Of a DNA stretch of 64,000 nucleotides, positions 1 to 9,399 are shown in pieces; the first letter of the stretch is position 1, and every line of letters starts with the position of its first letter. The position numbers and the translations under genes were made by a program. The notes under the pieces are model-generated. The model saw nothing but the letters and a program-made list of their open reading frames with translations. It searched no databases and had not been told where the DNA came from. The stretch comes from Bryobacteraceae bacterium (lineage in GTDB: Bacteria > Acidobacteriota > Terriglobia > Bryobacterales > Bryobacteraceae). The stretch lies in assembly GCA_035475915.1 (NCBI GenBank), contig DATIMA010000172.1:24549-88548 (forward strand), given 5' to 3'.

Positions 1-1043
1 TCGACTTGCAGTACCAACTCAGCCCGCATTCGGTCTTTCAAATTGGTTACATTGGAAATCGCGGGCGTAAGCTGCTGTATGGCAATCCCAATATCAATGC
101 CGATCAGTTACCGGATCAATACCTAGGTTTGCAGTCAAAGCTCGACCAGCAGGTACCGAATCCGTTCTTCAACATTCTTGACCCAAGCACACCGCTGGGT
201 TCGCAAAACACCATCGCGTATAACAAGTTATTGCGGCCATTCCCGGAATTCACGTACCTCATTTGGGACCGCTCGTTGCCTGGCGCCCGATCTTCCTACA
301 ATGCGTTGGACGTGAAATATAATTACCGCTTCAGCGCGGGGTTAAACCTCCTGACGACTTACCGCTGGTCGAAGGCGTTGGATAACGGCCCGGAGGATTT
401 CATCGGATGGGGCACCGGCAACCAATGGCGCGACTCCTACAACACCATGCTGGATTACAACATCAGCACGCATGATGTTCCACAGAGCTTTGCAACCGCA
501 CTGGTATACGATCTTCCGTACGGAAGAGGCAAGCATTGGGGGAACAATGCTCCTGGAATTGTAAAAGAGGTTCTTGGAAATTGGCAGCTTTCCAGCGTCA
601 TCCGGATCGCCAGCGGCCTCCCAATCCCAGGGGCAGTGTCCTGGAGCGGTAATAATCCGCTGGGTCCTTACGGCTATCCGGGACCACAGATTGCTGACCT
701 GGTCGGGAACCCGGTCCCTTCAGGCAGAACGCCCGATAACTGGATCAATGCCGCTGCTTACGCGGCACCCGCAAACAACTGGACACTCGGGAACGCTCCT
801 CAGCGCATGACACAACTTCGAGAACGTGCAGCCAGAAACATCGATTTGTCGGTTGCGAAAAATCTGGGAGGTGAACGATTCCAAGCGTGGTTGCGCGGCG
901 AATTCCTGAACACGTTTAATTACGCCCAGTACAACTCGTTCTGTACTGATGTTTCGCAATCCAGTTGCGGTCCATTCGGTGCTGCGTTTGGGACAGAAAA
1001 CAGCCCGCGCACGATCCAGGTGAGCTTAAAGTTAGCGTTTTGA
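1..1043 (+). CDS. TonB-dependent outer-membrane receptor, C-terminal part (5' end outside window)
   Basis: The frame of ORF 6..1043 is open to the window edge. The sequence is Y/N/G-rich and beta-barrel-like and ends ...RGEFLNTFNYAQYNS...RTIQVSLKLAF. This parallels the C-terminus of the complete receptor at 43647..46835 (...RAEFFNFLNHAQFNN...RIIQGALKLVF). Confidence 0.7.
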   Translation, partial: DLQYQLSPHSVFQIGYIGNRGRKLLYGNPNINADQLPDQYLGLQSKLDQQVPNPFFNILDPSTPLGSQNTIAYNKLLRPFPEFTYLIWDRSLPGARSSYNALDVKYNYRFSAGLNLLTTYRWSKALDNGPEDFIGWGTGNQWRDSYNTMLDYNISTHDVPQSFATALVYDLPYGRGKHWGNNAPGIVKEVLGNWQLSSVIRIASGLPIPGAVSWSGNNPLGPYGYPGPQIADLVGNPVPSGRTPDNWINAAAYAAPANNWTLGNAPQRMTQLRERAARNIDLSVAKNLGGERFQAWLRGEFLNTFNYAQYNSFCTDVSQSSCGPFGAAFGTENSPRTIQVSLKLAF

Positions 1044-1054
1044 GGTAGCTTAAG

Positions 1055-1082
1055 GCAGGCGATGAAAAACGATCGCCTGCCC
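1055..1082. terminator. Hairpin between convergent genes (possible bidirectional terminator, no U-tract)
   Basis: ggcaggcgat (1055-1064) and atcgcctgcc (1073-1082) form a perfect 10-bp inverted repeat with an 8-nt loop. It lies between the stop at 1043 (+) and the stop at 1089 (-). Confidence 0.4.
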
Positions 1083-1088
1083 ACACGC

Positions 1089-2105
1089 TCACTTTTTCAA
1101 GGCCAGGTCGGATGGCTTTACGCCCTTCGTGTACGTCTGATCTAAATAAGAATGCGGGTGATACTCGCCGACTAGGTCGACATCGGCCTTCGCCGGAATC
1201 TTGTTTTCCATACCCACTGCCCAGTAGGTAGCGTTCACCAACAGACGCCGCAGCGGCTCACTCTCCAGATCGTCTGCCGCGCCCATTGTCGAGGTGAAAG
1301 TCCGGTCTGTTTTGCCTGACTCCGTCTTGTAATGATTCGTCCACGCCACAGGCATCATAGGATCGTTTACTTTGCCGGGAACCGGCGGATCGTTCGGATG
1401 CAAGTCGGACAGAACCTGTCCAAGCAGCAGCGGGCGGCAGCTCGGCTTCATCGGTAGCGTCACTTCGTACACCTCTGTCGGCACCCAGATCTCGCCGTTG
1501 CCGATACCACGCAGAATGGGGCTGTCCGCCGCACCGGGCGCGTACCACGCACGCGTGCTTTGCTTTCCATGCTTGCCGTGATGGGCCACCCAGGTTTCGC
1601 CCAAAACCTGACGGCCGAATCCGCCTTCCCAGCCGGGAACCTTGCTGTTCCAGTTGTACTTTTCGTAGGTCTTGCTGGTCTTGACTTCAAAGGGATGAGT
1701 GCCGGTGCGGATGGCGATGATGGGGCGGCCGGATTGGATGTAATCGATCAGCTCTTTCATTTGATCGTCGGGCAGATCGCGCCAGCGCATAAAGAGGACC
1801 AGCAGGTCCGCTTTACGAAGCGCCTCGAGGCCAGGTGTGTTGCGGTTATAGGTGGGGTCGATTGTGCCATCGGCCGGATTGATGGGAAACAGGACTGTGC
1901 ACTTGAACCCGTGGTGCACCGCAAGAATTTTGGCGAGCTGTGGAAGCGCTTCTTCCGAGTGATATTCGGCGTCATCGCCGGCCACCATCACCACATATTT
2001 ACCGTGGCCGGGGCCATGAGTCCCTTCGTAAGTGACGCCTGCGGCGTGGATTTGGAGCGCTGCCAGGGACAGCAACGCGGGTACAACGAATAGTGATCGA
2101 AACAT
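1089..2105 (-). CDS. Secreted ThuA-like (type-1 glutamine-amidotransferase-fold) protein
   Basis: The ORF is 1089..2252. The internal ATG at 2105 begins a signal-peptide-like MFRSLFVVPALLSLAALQIHAAG, and the Arg-rich upstream extension looks non-coding. The body (VVMVAGDDAEYHSEEALPQLAKIL..GFKCTVLF..DLLVLFMRW) resembles ThuA-domain proteins from memory; not searched. Confidence 0.5.
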   Translation of the reverse strand: MFRSLFVVPALLSLAALQIHAAGVTYEGTHGPGHGKYVVMVAGDDAEYHSEEALPQLAKILAVHHGFKCTVLFPINPADGTIDPTYNRNTPGLEALRKADLLVLFMRWRDLPDDQMKELIDYIQSGRPIIAIRTGTHPFEVKTSKTYEKYNWNSKVPGWEGGFGRQVLGETWVAHHGKHGKQSTRAWYAPGAADSPILRGIGNGEIWVPTEVYEVTLPMKPSCRPLLLGQVLSDLHPNDPPVPGKVNDPMMPVAWTNHYKTESGKTDRTFTSTMGAADDLESEPLRRLLVNATYWAVGMENKIPAKADVDLVGEYHPHSYLDQTYTKGVKPSDLALKK

Positions 2106-2124
2106 AAATCTTGAGATCCGCGAG

Positions 2125-3189
2125 CTAGAGCAGCATATGCTCTTCCTTTCGTAATGGCCGGCACGTGCTGCGCCGGGCGAAAACGGTCGGAACCGCCACC
2201 TCGCGATTCTCCGGGTGTTCGGACTCGATCTGCGCGATCGCCAACTTTGCAAGCTGACGTCCTACCTCAACCATATCGACGCAAACACTGGTCAAATTCG
2301 AACCGCGCGAATGCCCGATCTGGTGCTCAAACCCGATCAGGCTGACATCCTTCGGGACATCGCGCCGGTGCTGACGCAGACCTTCGCGCGCACCGAAGGC
2401 GAGCTCATCGGAACCAGCCAGAATTGCGGTTACGGGCCACTGCTCTTCGAGGATATAGGAGACAGCAGCCCGCCCGTTTTCAAACTCGTCATCCGAGAGT
2501 GCGATGGTATGGACGTGCGGCTCCAGGCCGAGATCGCCGATGGCGCGCGCGTATCCGCGATAGCGATTCTTGTTCCAAGGCCGCGCCGCATCACCGATGT
2601 ACCAGATGTGGGTGTGGCCGAGCTGGGCCAAATAGCGCGTCGCTTCATAACACCCGGATTCATCGTTGTATTGCACGCGACTGCTGTGGAGCCCGTTTTC
2701 GCCGGGATCCACGACGTGATTCCCCAAAAGCACGTAGCGGAACCCATGTTTCGCGAACGCGGTCAGGATATTGCGGTAGACAGTGCCCGCGATGATGACG
2801 CAATCGGCCAAACCGGGCGTTTCGATCACGCTTGGGATCTGAATATTCTGCGCGCTTAGCTCGGGTGAAAACTGGTGACGCGCAAAAAGGAGGTAATAGC
2901 CGGCCTGAGCGCAATACTCTTCAATTCCGAGCAGGAGAAGCGATTGGGCGGAGCTCAAGCCGAAGTCATTACACAGGACCAGGCCGATGATCCGCGATTT
3001 CGTATGCACCACGCTGCGGGTTCGGGAGTTCAGCCGGTATCCCAGCTTGCGAACGACCGTTTCGACGCGATCGCGAAGCTTTTCGTCTACGTCCTCATGC
3101 CGGTTCAGGACACGCGAAACAGTCCCGATGGAGACATTCGCGCGCGCGGCGATGTCCTTCATGGTAGGAGATGAGGAGCGCCGCGGCAT
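2125..3189 (-). CDS. LacI-family transcriptional regulator
   Basis: N-terminal HTH MKDIAARANVSIGTVSRVLN followed by a periplasmic-binding-protein-like sugar-binding fold. The start could instead be the MKDIA Met (3162). Confidence 0.85.
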   Translation of the reverse strand: MPRRSSSPTMKDIAARANVSIGTVSRVLNRHEDVDEKLRDRVETVVRKLGYRLNSRTRSVVHTKSRIIGLVLCNDFGLSSAQSLLLLGIEEYCAQAGYYLLFARHQFSPELSAQNIQIPSVIETPGLADCVIIAGTVYRNILTAFAKHGFRYVLLGNHVVDPGENGLHSSRVQYNDESGCYEATRYLAQLGHTHIWYIGDAARPWNKNRYRGYARAIGDLGLEPHVHTIALSDDEFENGRAAVSYILEEQWPVTAILAGSDELAFGAREGLRQHRRDVPKDVSLIGFEHQIGHSRGSNLTSVCVDMVEVGRQLAKLAIAQIESEHPENREVAVPTVFARRSTCRPLRKEEHMLL

Positions 3190-3192
3190 CGT

Positions 3193-4314
3193 TTAGCCTC
3201 GGCGCGAAACTGCGGGCGATTCCCTCGTGATCTCGGCAATGTCAATAGGCCGGCGTTCCCGCATGGACCGGTATCCCGCTTCGATCAGCGCCATGGTCCC
3301 CAGGTTGTCGTGTCCGCTCGTCGCCGGCTCCGTTTTTGAGGCAATGGCGTTCATAAGGTCGGCCATTGGCCCGCGAAAGGCGTCGGGAAACCAGACTTCC
3401 GGCCAGCGAGGTGTAACCCATACGCCCGGCTGAGCAAGAGTTGTGAAGCTCAGCGTGCTGGGCGCGCGATTCGGATAATGTGGCCAGCCGAGCGTCCCTT
3501 CCGCCAGACCCTCTGTCCCTTCCACGCGCCATTTGATATATGGCTTCAGATCGTCGCGCTCGGTGCGCGGGCCGGCCCAGACGTCGTCCCATCCTGTAGC
3601 CCGGAAGCCATCCGCGTATTCGAGTATGTACAGGCAAATGCCGTCTTCGTGCGGAAAGCGCGTGCGCGGGTCTTTCCGGGCACTCACATAGATCGATTCC
3701 GGCTCGCCGAACAGATATCGAAAGCTATCCAGGTGGTGGATGCTCATGTTTAACAGCGTCAGGCGGCCGTACTCGCGCAACCAGGCCTGCCAATGTGGAA
3801 CCGCGCGCATCTCAATGGTTGCCAGAACCGGCGTGCCGAGGCCGCCTTGGTTCAACAGGTTCTTGAGAGCCCGAATGGACTGGTCATACCGCATGTTTTG
3901 ATTCACAGCAAGGACCATGCCTGCGTGCTCGCAGAGGCGAACGATCTCGGCGGCATCCTCCAGCGTGACCGCCAACGGCTTCTGCGCCAGGATGCCTTTC
4001 AGATGATGACCACCTTGCAACGCCCGCCGGACAACATCAAGTTGTTTGTCAGGTGGAACCGCGATGTCCAGGATTTCAACCGCGGGATCCCACAGCATGT
4101 CTTCCAGCGTCTCGTAAACGCGCGGTATACTGCGCAAATCGGCGACTTCGCGAGCAATCTCGGGCGTCCTTGAGGTGATAGCAACGACGTTGTAACCGGC
4201 ATCCGCATAGGCTTTCAACTGCACGTCGCGCATAATGAAGCCGGCGCCTACAGCCCCAATCCCGAAATCGCTGCGAAGCGGCTCAGGAACCGGGTAATTC
4301 AGGTCCAAATCCAA
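3193..4314 (-). CDS. Gfo/Idh/MocA-family NAD(P)-dependent oxidoreductase
   Basis: N-terminal Rossmann GIGAVGAGFIMRD..AITSRTPE and EKPLA-like QKPLAVTLEDA, typical of the family. Its stop is 3 nt before the LacI start, consistent with an operon. Confidence 0.8.
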   Translation of the reverse strand: MDLDLNYPVPEPLRSDFGIGAVGAGFIMRDVQLKAYADAGYNVVAITSRTPEIAREVADLRSIPRVYETLEDMLWDPAVEILDIAVPPDKQLDVVRRALQGGHHLKGILAQKPLAVTLEDAAEIVRLCEHAGMVLAVNQNMRYDQSIRALKNLLNQGGLGTPVLATIEMRAVPHWQAWLREYGRLTLLNMSIHHLDSFRYLFGEPESIYVSARKDPRTRFPHEDGICLYILEYADGFRATGWDDVWAGPRTERDDLKPYIKWRVEGTEGLAEGTLGWPHYPNRAPSTLSFTTLAQPGVWVTPRWPEVWFPDAFRGPMADLMNAIASKTEPATSGHDNLGTMALIEAGYRSMRERRPIDIAEITRESPAVSRRG

Positions 4315-4340
4315 GAAAAGCTCCGATCATGAACTTAACG

Positions 4341-4352
4341 ATGAACGTTTAT
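4341..4352. promoter_or_regulatory. Candidate LacI-type operator in the divergent intergenic region
   Basis: atgaacgtttat is a 10/12 palindrome around a central AACGTT (LacI/GalR operators have a central CG with TT/AA flanks). It lies in the 100-bp gap between divergent operons (4314 and 4415). Confidence 0.3.
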
Positions 4353-4414
4353 GATATTATCGCTGCCAGCCAACCAGGTCAATCCATACCGCGCTAAAAG
4401 AGGAGGGATCGCGT

Positions 4415-5236
4415 TTGAAACTCGGGCTTATCAGTTCAGCCTGGCTCGGAACCCCGGTAGACACGGCACGCGGAATCGAGCTGACCAAGCAGATTGGCTT
4501 CGACACGATCGATGTCTTCGCCGATCCGCTGGAGATCACGCCCGTTGAGCGCAGGCTGATCCGGAAGACTTGCGAGCGATGCCATCTGCCGGTTGTCTCG
4601 ACGGTCTGCTGCGCGCTAGGCATTGCCGATTTCAACAAGCCGGTTCGGGATTTCCACGTTCACCGCGCCAAGCAGTACCTGGACTTCTGTTATGAACTGG
4701 AAGGCAAGAACCTGCTGCTGGTTTTGGGCGAGTATCTCTGGCAGCAGGAAGTGATTGCTCCCGCCGATCAGTGGAAGTGGGCCGTCGAGCATGTGCGCGA
4801 GCTGGCCGAGTACGCCCGCGGCCTGGGCCTGGAACTTGCAATTGAGCTGGAGCCTTTCCACCTATCGCTCGTCAATAACATTGATGGCATGAAACGGTTT
4901 CTGGCAGAGGTGGACCATCCCGCGGCGAAGGCGAACGTCGATATCTCGCATCTGGCTCTGGCGCGAAACTCCGCCAAAGAGGTCTCGAAATTGGCAGGGC
5001 AGATCTCCCACGTCCATCTCTCCGATTGCGATGGAAAGAAGCATGGCGACCTGCCGCCCGGCCGCGGAACGGTTGACTTTCCGCCCTATCTGAAAGCTCT
5101 TGCGGATGCAGGCTTCGCCGGGACCGTCAGCATTGAACTCGAGTATTCACCCCAGCCGGATAAGATCGTCGATTGGGTGCGGGAAGCGTACGATGCAACC
5201 AATAGCCTGATGAATTCGCTTGGAATCCGTTCCTGA
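4415..5236 (+). CDS. Sugar phosphate isomerase/epimerase (xylose-isomerase-like TIM barrel)
   Basis: TTG start preceded by GAGGAGGG. Family-typical pattern GFDTIDVF...ELEPFH...HVHLSDCDG..H..PG.G.VDF. Confidence 0.75.
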   Translation: MKLGLISSAWLGTPVDTARGIELTKQIGFDTIDVFADPLEITPVERRLIRKTCERCHLPVVSTVCCALGIADFNKPVRDFHVHRAKQYLDFCYELEGKNLLLVLGEYLWQQEVIAPADQWKWAVEHVRELAEYARGLGLELAIELEPFHLSLVNNIDGMKRFLAEVDHPAAKANVDISHLALARNSAKEVSKLAGQISHVHLSDCDGKKHGDLPPGRGTVDFPPYLKALADAGFAGTVSIELEYSPQPDKIVDWVREAYDATNSLMNSLGIRS

Positions 5237-5274
5237 CCCAGTTGGAGAACAGCAGAACAGAAAGGAGAGATGTT

Positions 5275-6131
<857 letters not shown>

Positions 6132-6132
<1 letters not shown>

Positions 6133-7007
6133 TGGATTCCGCCGCGAATGCCGGGTCAGCCCGCGATCCACAACTTCGCGTTTTCATGAACCTGATGGCG
6201 CTGGACTCGCTGCCGCGGAACTCAGTTGGACCGCGCGGCAGCTTTCAGCAGAAAATGGAAGCGCTCAAAGACGCGGGATTTGACGGCGTCCAGTTCGCGA
6301 ACATTGCGAACAGGGAGCAATTGGATCGCTGCGCTTCGCTTGGCTTAGGTTTCGCGGGCAGCGGACGGATCAACACGCCGGAAGAGGCATCGCTATTTGC
6401 GGAAAAAATGGCCGGCGACGGTTACGCGTGCGCGACTCTCCATGTGGGCTGGGGCTTGGAAGATGACGGCCAAGCGGCGCGGCTGATTGAAAGCGTTCTC
6501 GACGCTGTCGAGCGCTGGCGCGTGCCGCTTTATATTGAGACGCACCGTGCAACCATTTTTCAGGACATATGGCGCACGGTAAGTTTCGTGCGGCGCTTTC
6601 GGGAGATCCGGATCAACGGCGATTTCTCCCATTGGTACACGGGCCAGGAGATGGTGTACGGCGGATTCGAGAAGAAGCTTGCTTTTATCGAGCCGGTGCT
6701 GGAACGGGTCCGGTTCATCCACGGCCGCATTGGAAACCCGGGATGCATGCAGGTTCCGGTAGTTGCAGACGCGGTATACGTTGAACACTTCAAGCAACTG
6801 TGGACGGCCTCATTTCGCCGTTTCCTCGAATCAGCGCAAGCCGGAGACTCGATTACCTTTGCGCCGGAACTGCTCGCGCCAGACATCTATTACGCGCGCA
6901 CCTTTCCGGCCGCCGACGGAGATAGCGTCGAGGAAAGCGATCGTTGGGAGCAGTCGCTGCTGCTAAAGCAGATGGCGGAAGATTGTTTTCGAAACGCGAA
7001 ATGCTGA
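6132..7007 (+). CDS. Xylose-isomerase-like TIM-barrel protein
   Basis: KDAGFDGVQFA... and ...YIETHR...H.. pattern. The start overlaps the previous stop (TAATG). Confidence 0.6.
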
Positions 7008-7795
7008 AACTGAGCCTGGGGCGTAACGGACCCGTTTTCATCCTGTTCTCCTGCATTAGCCTTCATTGCCTCTATGCCCAAGACGCGGCGGACGTGCGGC
7101 AAGAGCAGGCCAACAGCGCAGACGTTGCCGCCGGTAAGCGCCAGTTTTCTCAAACCTGCGGTTTTTGCCATGGCCCGGACGGCCGCGGCGCCAGCGGGCC
7201 GGATCTGATTCGCTCGCCTTTGGTCAACCATGACGTGAATGGAAACCTGATCGGCGAGGTAGTGCGGAACGGAAGCCCGGATAAGGGCATGCCGGCGTTT
7301 CAGCTTCCGGACAGCGACATAAAAGCGATTGCCGCCTTTCTTCACGCAGAAGCAAAGCTGGCAGCTTCGGTAACGCAGAGGACTCCCTCCGAGTACCCAC
7401 TTGAGAAGCTTCTTGTTGGAAATGCCGAAGTGGGCAAAGCCTATTTTGGCGGCGCGGGGAAGTGCGCCGAATGCCATTCCATAACGGGCGACCTGGCGCA
7501 TATCGCGTCCAAATATAAACCCTTCGATCTGCAAACCCGGATTGTGTTTCCGTCGGGCGCAAAGCCCACCGTTACGGTTATGGAGAAGTCAGGAAAGAAA
7601 TTCTCCGGCCAGCAGGTCTATTCCGATGAGTTTCTGATCTCTTTACGCGACTCGCACGGCTGGATTCACTCCTGGCATCGAAACGAAGTCGAAGTGGAGA
7701 TTCACGATCCGCTCGCAGCGCACGAGAAGCTGCTGACGACGTATACCGATCAGAATATCCACGACCTGTTCGCCTATTTAGAGACGTTGAAATGA
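7001..7795 (+). CDS. Diheme c-type cytochrome (probable electron acceptor of the downstream PQQ dehydrogenase)
   Basis: Two CxxCH motifs (CGFCH, CAECH) plus GMPAF as a Met-ligand context. The ATG at 7001 gives a signal-like MLKLSLGRNGPVFILFSCISLHCLYAQ and overlaps the upstream stop. Confidence 0.8.
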   Translation: MLKLSLGRNGPVFILFSCISLHCLYAQDAADVRQEQANSADVAAGKRQFSQTCGFCHGPDGRGASGPDLIRSPLVNHDVNGNLIGEVVRNGSPDKGMPAFQLPDSDIKAIAAFLHAEAKLAASVTQRTPSEYPLEKLLVGNAEVGKAYFGGAGKCAECHSITGDLAHIASKYKPFDLQTRIVFPSGAKPTVTVMEKSGKKFSGQQVYSDEFLISLRDSHGWIHSWHRNEVEVEIHDPLAAHEKLLTTYTDQNIHDLFAYLETLK

Positions 7796-9375
7796 AGGTG
7801 ATGCGCATCCCGGTCAGCGGGCTGATTCTTGTGCTGGGCGCGGCAGCGGTTTCGTATGCCCAAGGGCTGGATCCCGCTTCCCTGCTCCACCCGGCGCCCG
7901 ACACCTGGCCGACGTACAATGGCGACTACTCCGGCAAGCGGTTCAGTCCGCTTAAGCAAATCAACAAACAGAATGTCGGCGCGCTCAGCATGGTCTGGGC
8001 GTTTCAGACGGACATACCAGCCGGTGTCGGGTTGAAGTCAACCCCGCTGCTGGTCGATGGCACCCTCTATTTCACCGAGCCGGACGATATCTGGGCGGTG
8101 GATGCGCGTTCCGGACGGCAGAACTGGCATTATCATTACCGCGCGAATGAGGGCCTGCATATCGGGCAGCGCGGCGTCGGCATGTATAAAGACCGGCTCT
8201 ATTTTGAAACGCCCGATGCGCACCTGCTTTGCCTCGATGCGAAGAGCGGTGAGGTCCAGTGGGACGTAGAACTCGCCGATGTGAAGCTCGGCTACTGGGC
8301 AACTATGGCTCCGCTGATCATTGGCAATCATGTGCTGGCCGGAATTTCAGGCGATTTTAATGATCTGCATGGGTTTATTGATTCGTTCGATCCGGAGACC
8401 GGAAAGCTGCAGTGGCGCTGGGATTCTCTTCCAAAGCCAGGACAACCAGGTTCCGAAACATGGCCCAATGCGGAGGCTATGAAGCACGGAGGCGGGATGA
8501 CCTGGATCACCGGCACCTATGATCCAGAGTTGAACCTGCTGTATTGGGGCACCGGCAATCCGAATCCGGTGTTGAATGGCGAGACGCGAGCCGGCGACAA
8601 CCTGTATACGTGTACGATTGTCGCGCTGAACCCGGATACCGGAAAGCTGGTCTGGTATTTCCAGCCCTCGCCTCACGACGTTCACGATTGGGATGCGGTC
8701 CAAACACCCGTGATCGTCGACGCCGATTTTCGGGGCCAGCCGCGAAAGCTGCTGCTGCAGGCATCCCGCAACGGATATTATTTTGTTCTGGAGCGGACCA
8801 ACGGGAAGGCCTTACTGACGGTTCCTTTCGAACAGATCAACTGGAGCACCGGCGTGGATTCCAGAGGGAGGCCAATCGCGAATCGCGAGAAGAATCCCAG
8901 CCCGGCTGGAACGCTCGTGGAACCCGATGCCATCGGGTCGACAAACTGGATGGCCCCCAGCTTCAATCCCGATACTGGATTGCTATACGTAGACTCGCAT
9001 CGTTCCTTTGGCCTCTATTATGATCTGTCAAATGGAAAACCAGAGGGGTTCGCGGGGACCAATCTATATGTGTGGTCCCGTTCAGCTCTGAATGCTATCG
9101 AATATCAGACGGGCAAGATTCGCTGGAGTCACGACCTTGGTCCGGGAAACAACTGGGCCAGTGTCCTGAGCACGGCCGGAGGGTTGGTATTCACGGCCGA
9201 CACGCACGGCAATATTCTCGGCCTGGATGCGGATACGGGGGAAACATTGTGGCATGCCTACGGCGGCGGCGAGGTCAATGGCGCCCCAATCACTTACGAG
9301 TTGGATGGGCGGCAGTATCTTTTGGTTGGATCGCACAACGTTCTGTACGCTTGGGCATTACCGGAAAAGCGTTAA
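7792..9375 (+). CDS. PQQ-dependent dehydrogenase (quinoprotein alcohol/sugar dehydrogenase, 8-bladed propeller)
   Basis: Signal peptide, then repeated W-motif propeller blades. GDNLYTCTIVALNPDTGKLVWYFQPSPHDVHDWD aligns by eye to the MxaF/XoxF active-site segment. ATGA overlap with the cytochrome gene. Confidence 0.8.
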   Translation: MKVMRIPVSGLILVLGAAAVSYAQGLDPASLLHPAPDTWPTYNGDYSGKRFSPLKQINKQNVGALSMVWAFQTDIPAGVGLKSTPLLVDGTLYFTEPDDIWAVDARSGRQNWHYHYRANEGLHIGQRGVGMYKDRLYFETPDAHLLCLDAKSGEVQWDVELADVKLGYWATMAPLIIGNHVLAGISGDFNDLHGFIDSFDPETGKLQWRWDSLPKPGQPGSETWPNAEAMKHGGGMTWITGTYDPELNLLYWGTGNPNPVLNGETRAGDNLYTCTIVALNPDTGKLVWYFQPSPHDVHDWDAVQTPVIVDADFRGQPRKLLLQASRNGYYFVLERTNGKALLTVPFEQINWSTGVDSRGRPIANREKNPSPAGTLVEPDAIGSTNWMAPSFNPDTGLLYVDSHRSFGLYYDLSNGKPEGFAGTNLYVWSRSALNAIEYQTGKIRWSHDLGPGNNWASVLSTAGGLVFTADTHGNILGLDADTGETLWHAYGGGEVNGAPITYELDGRQYLLVGSHNVLYAWALPEKR

Positions 9376-9399
9376 CACGAGATTGGCTATCGAGACAAG

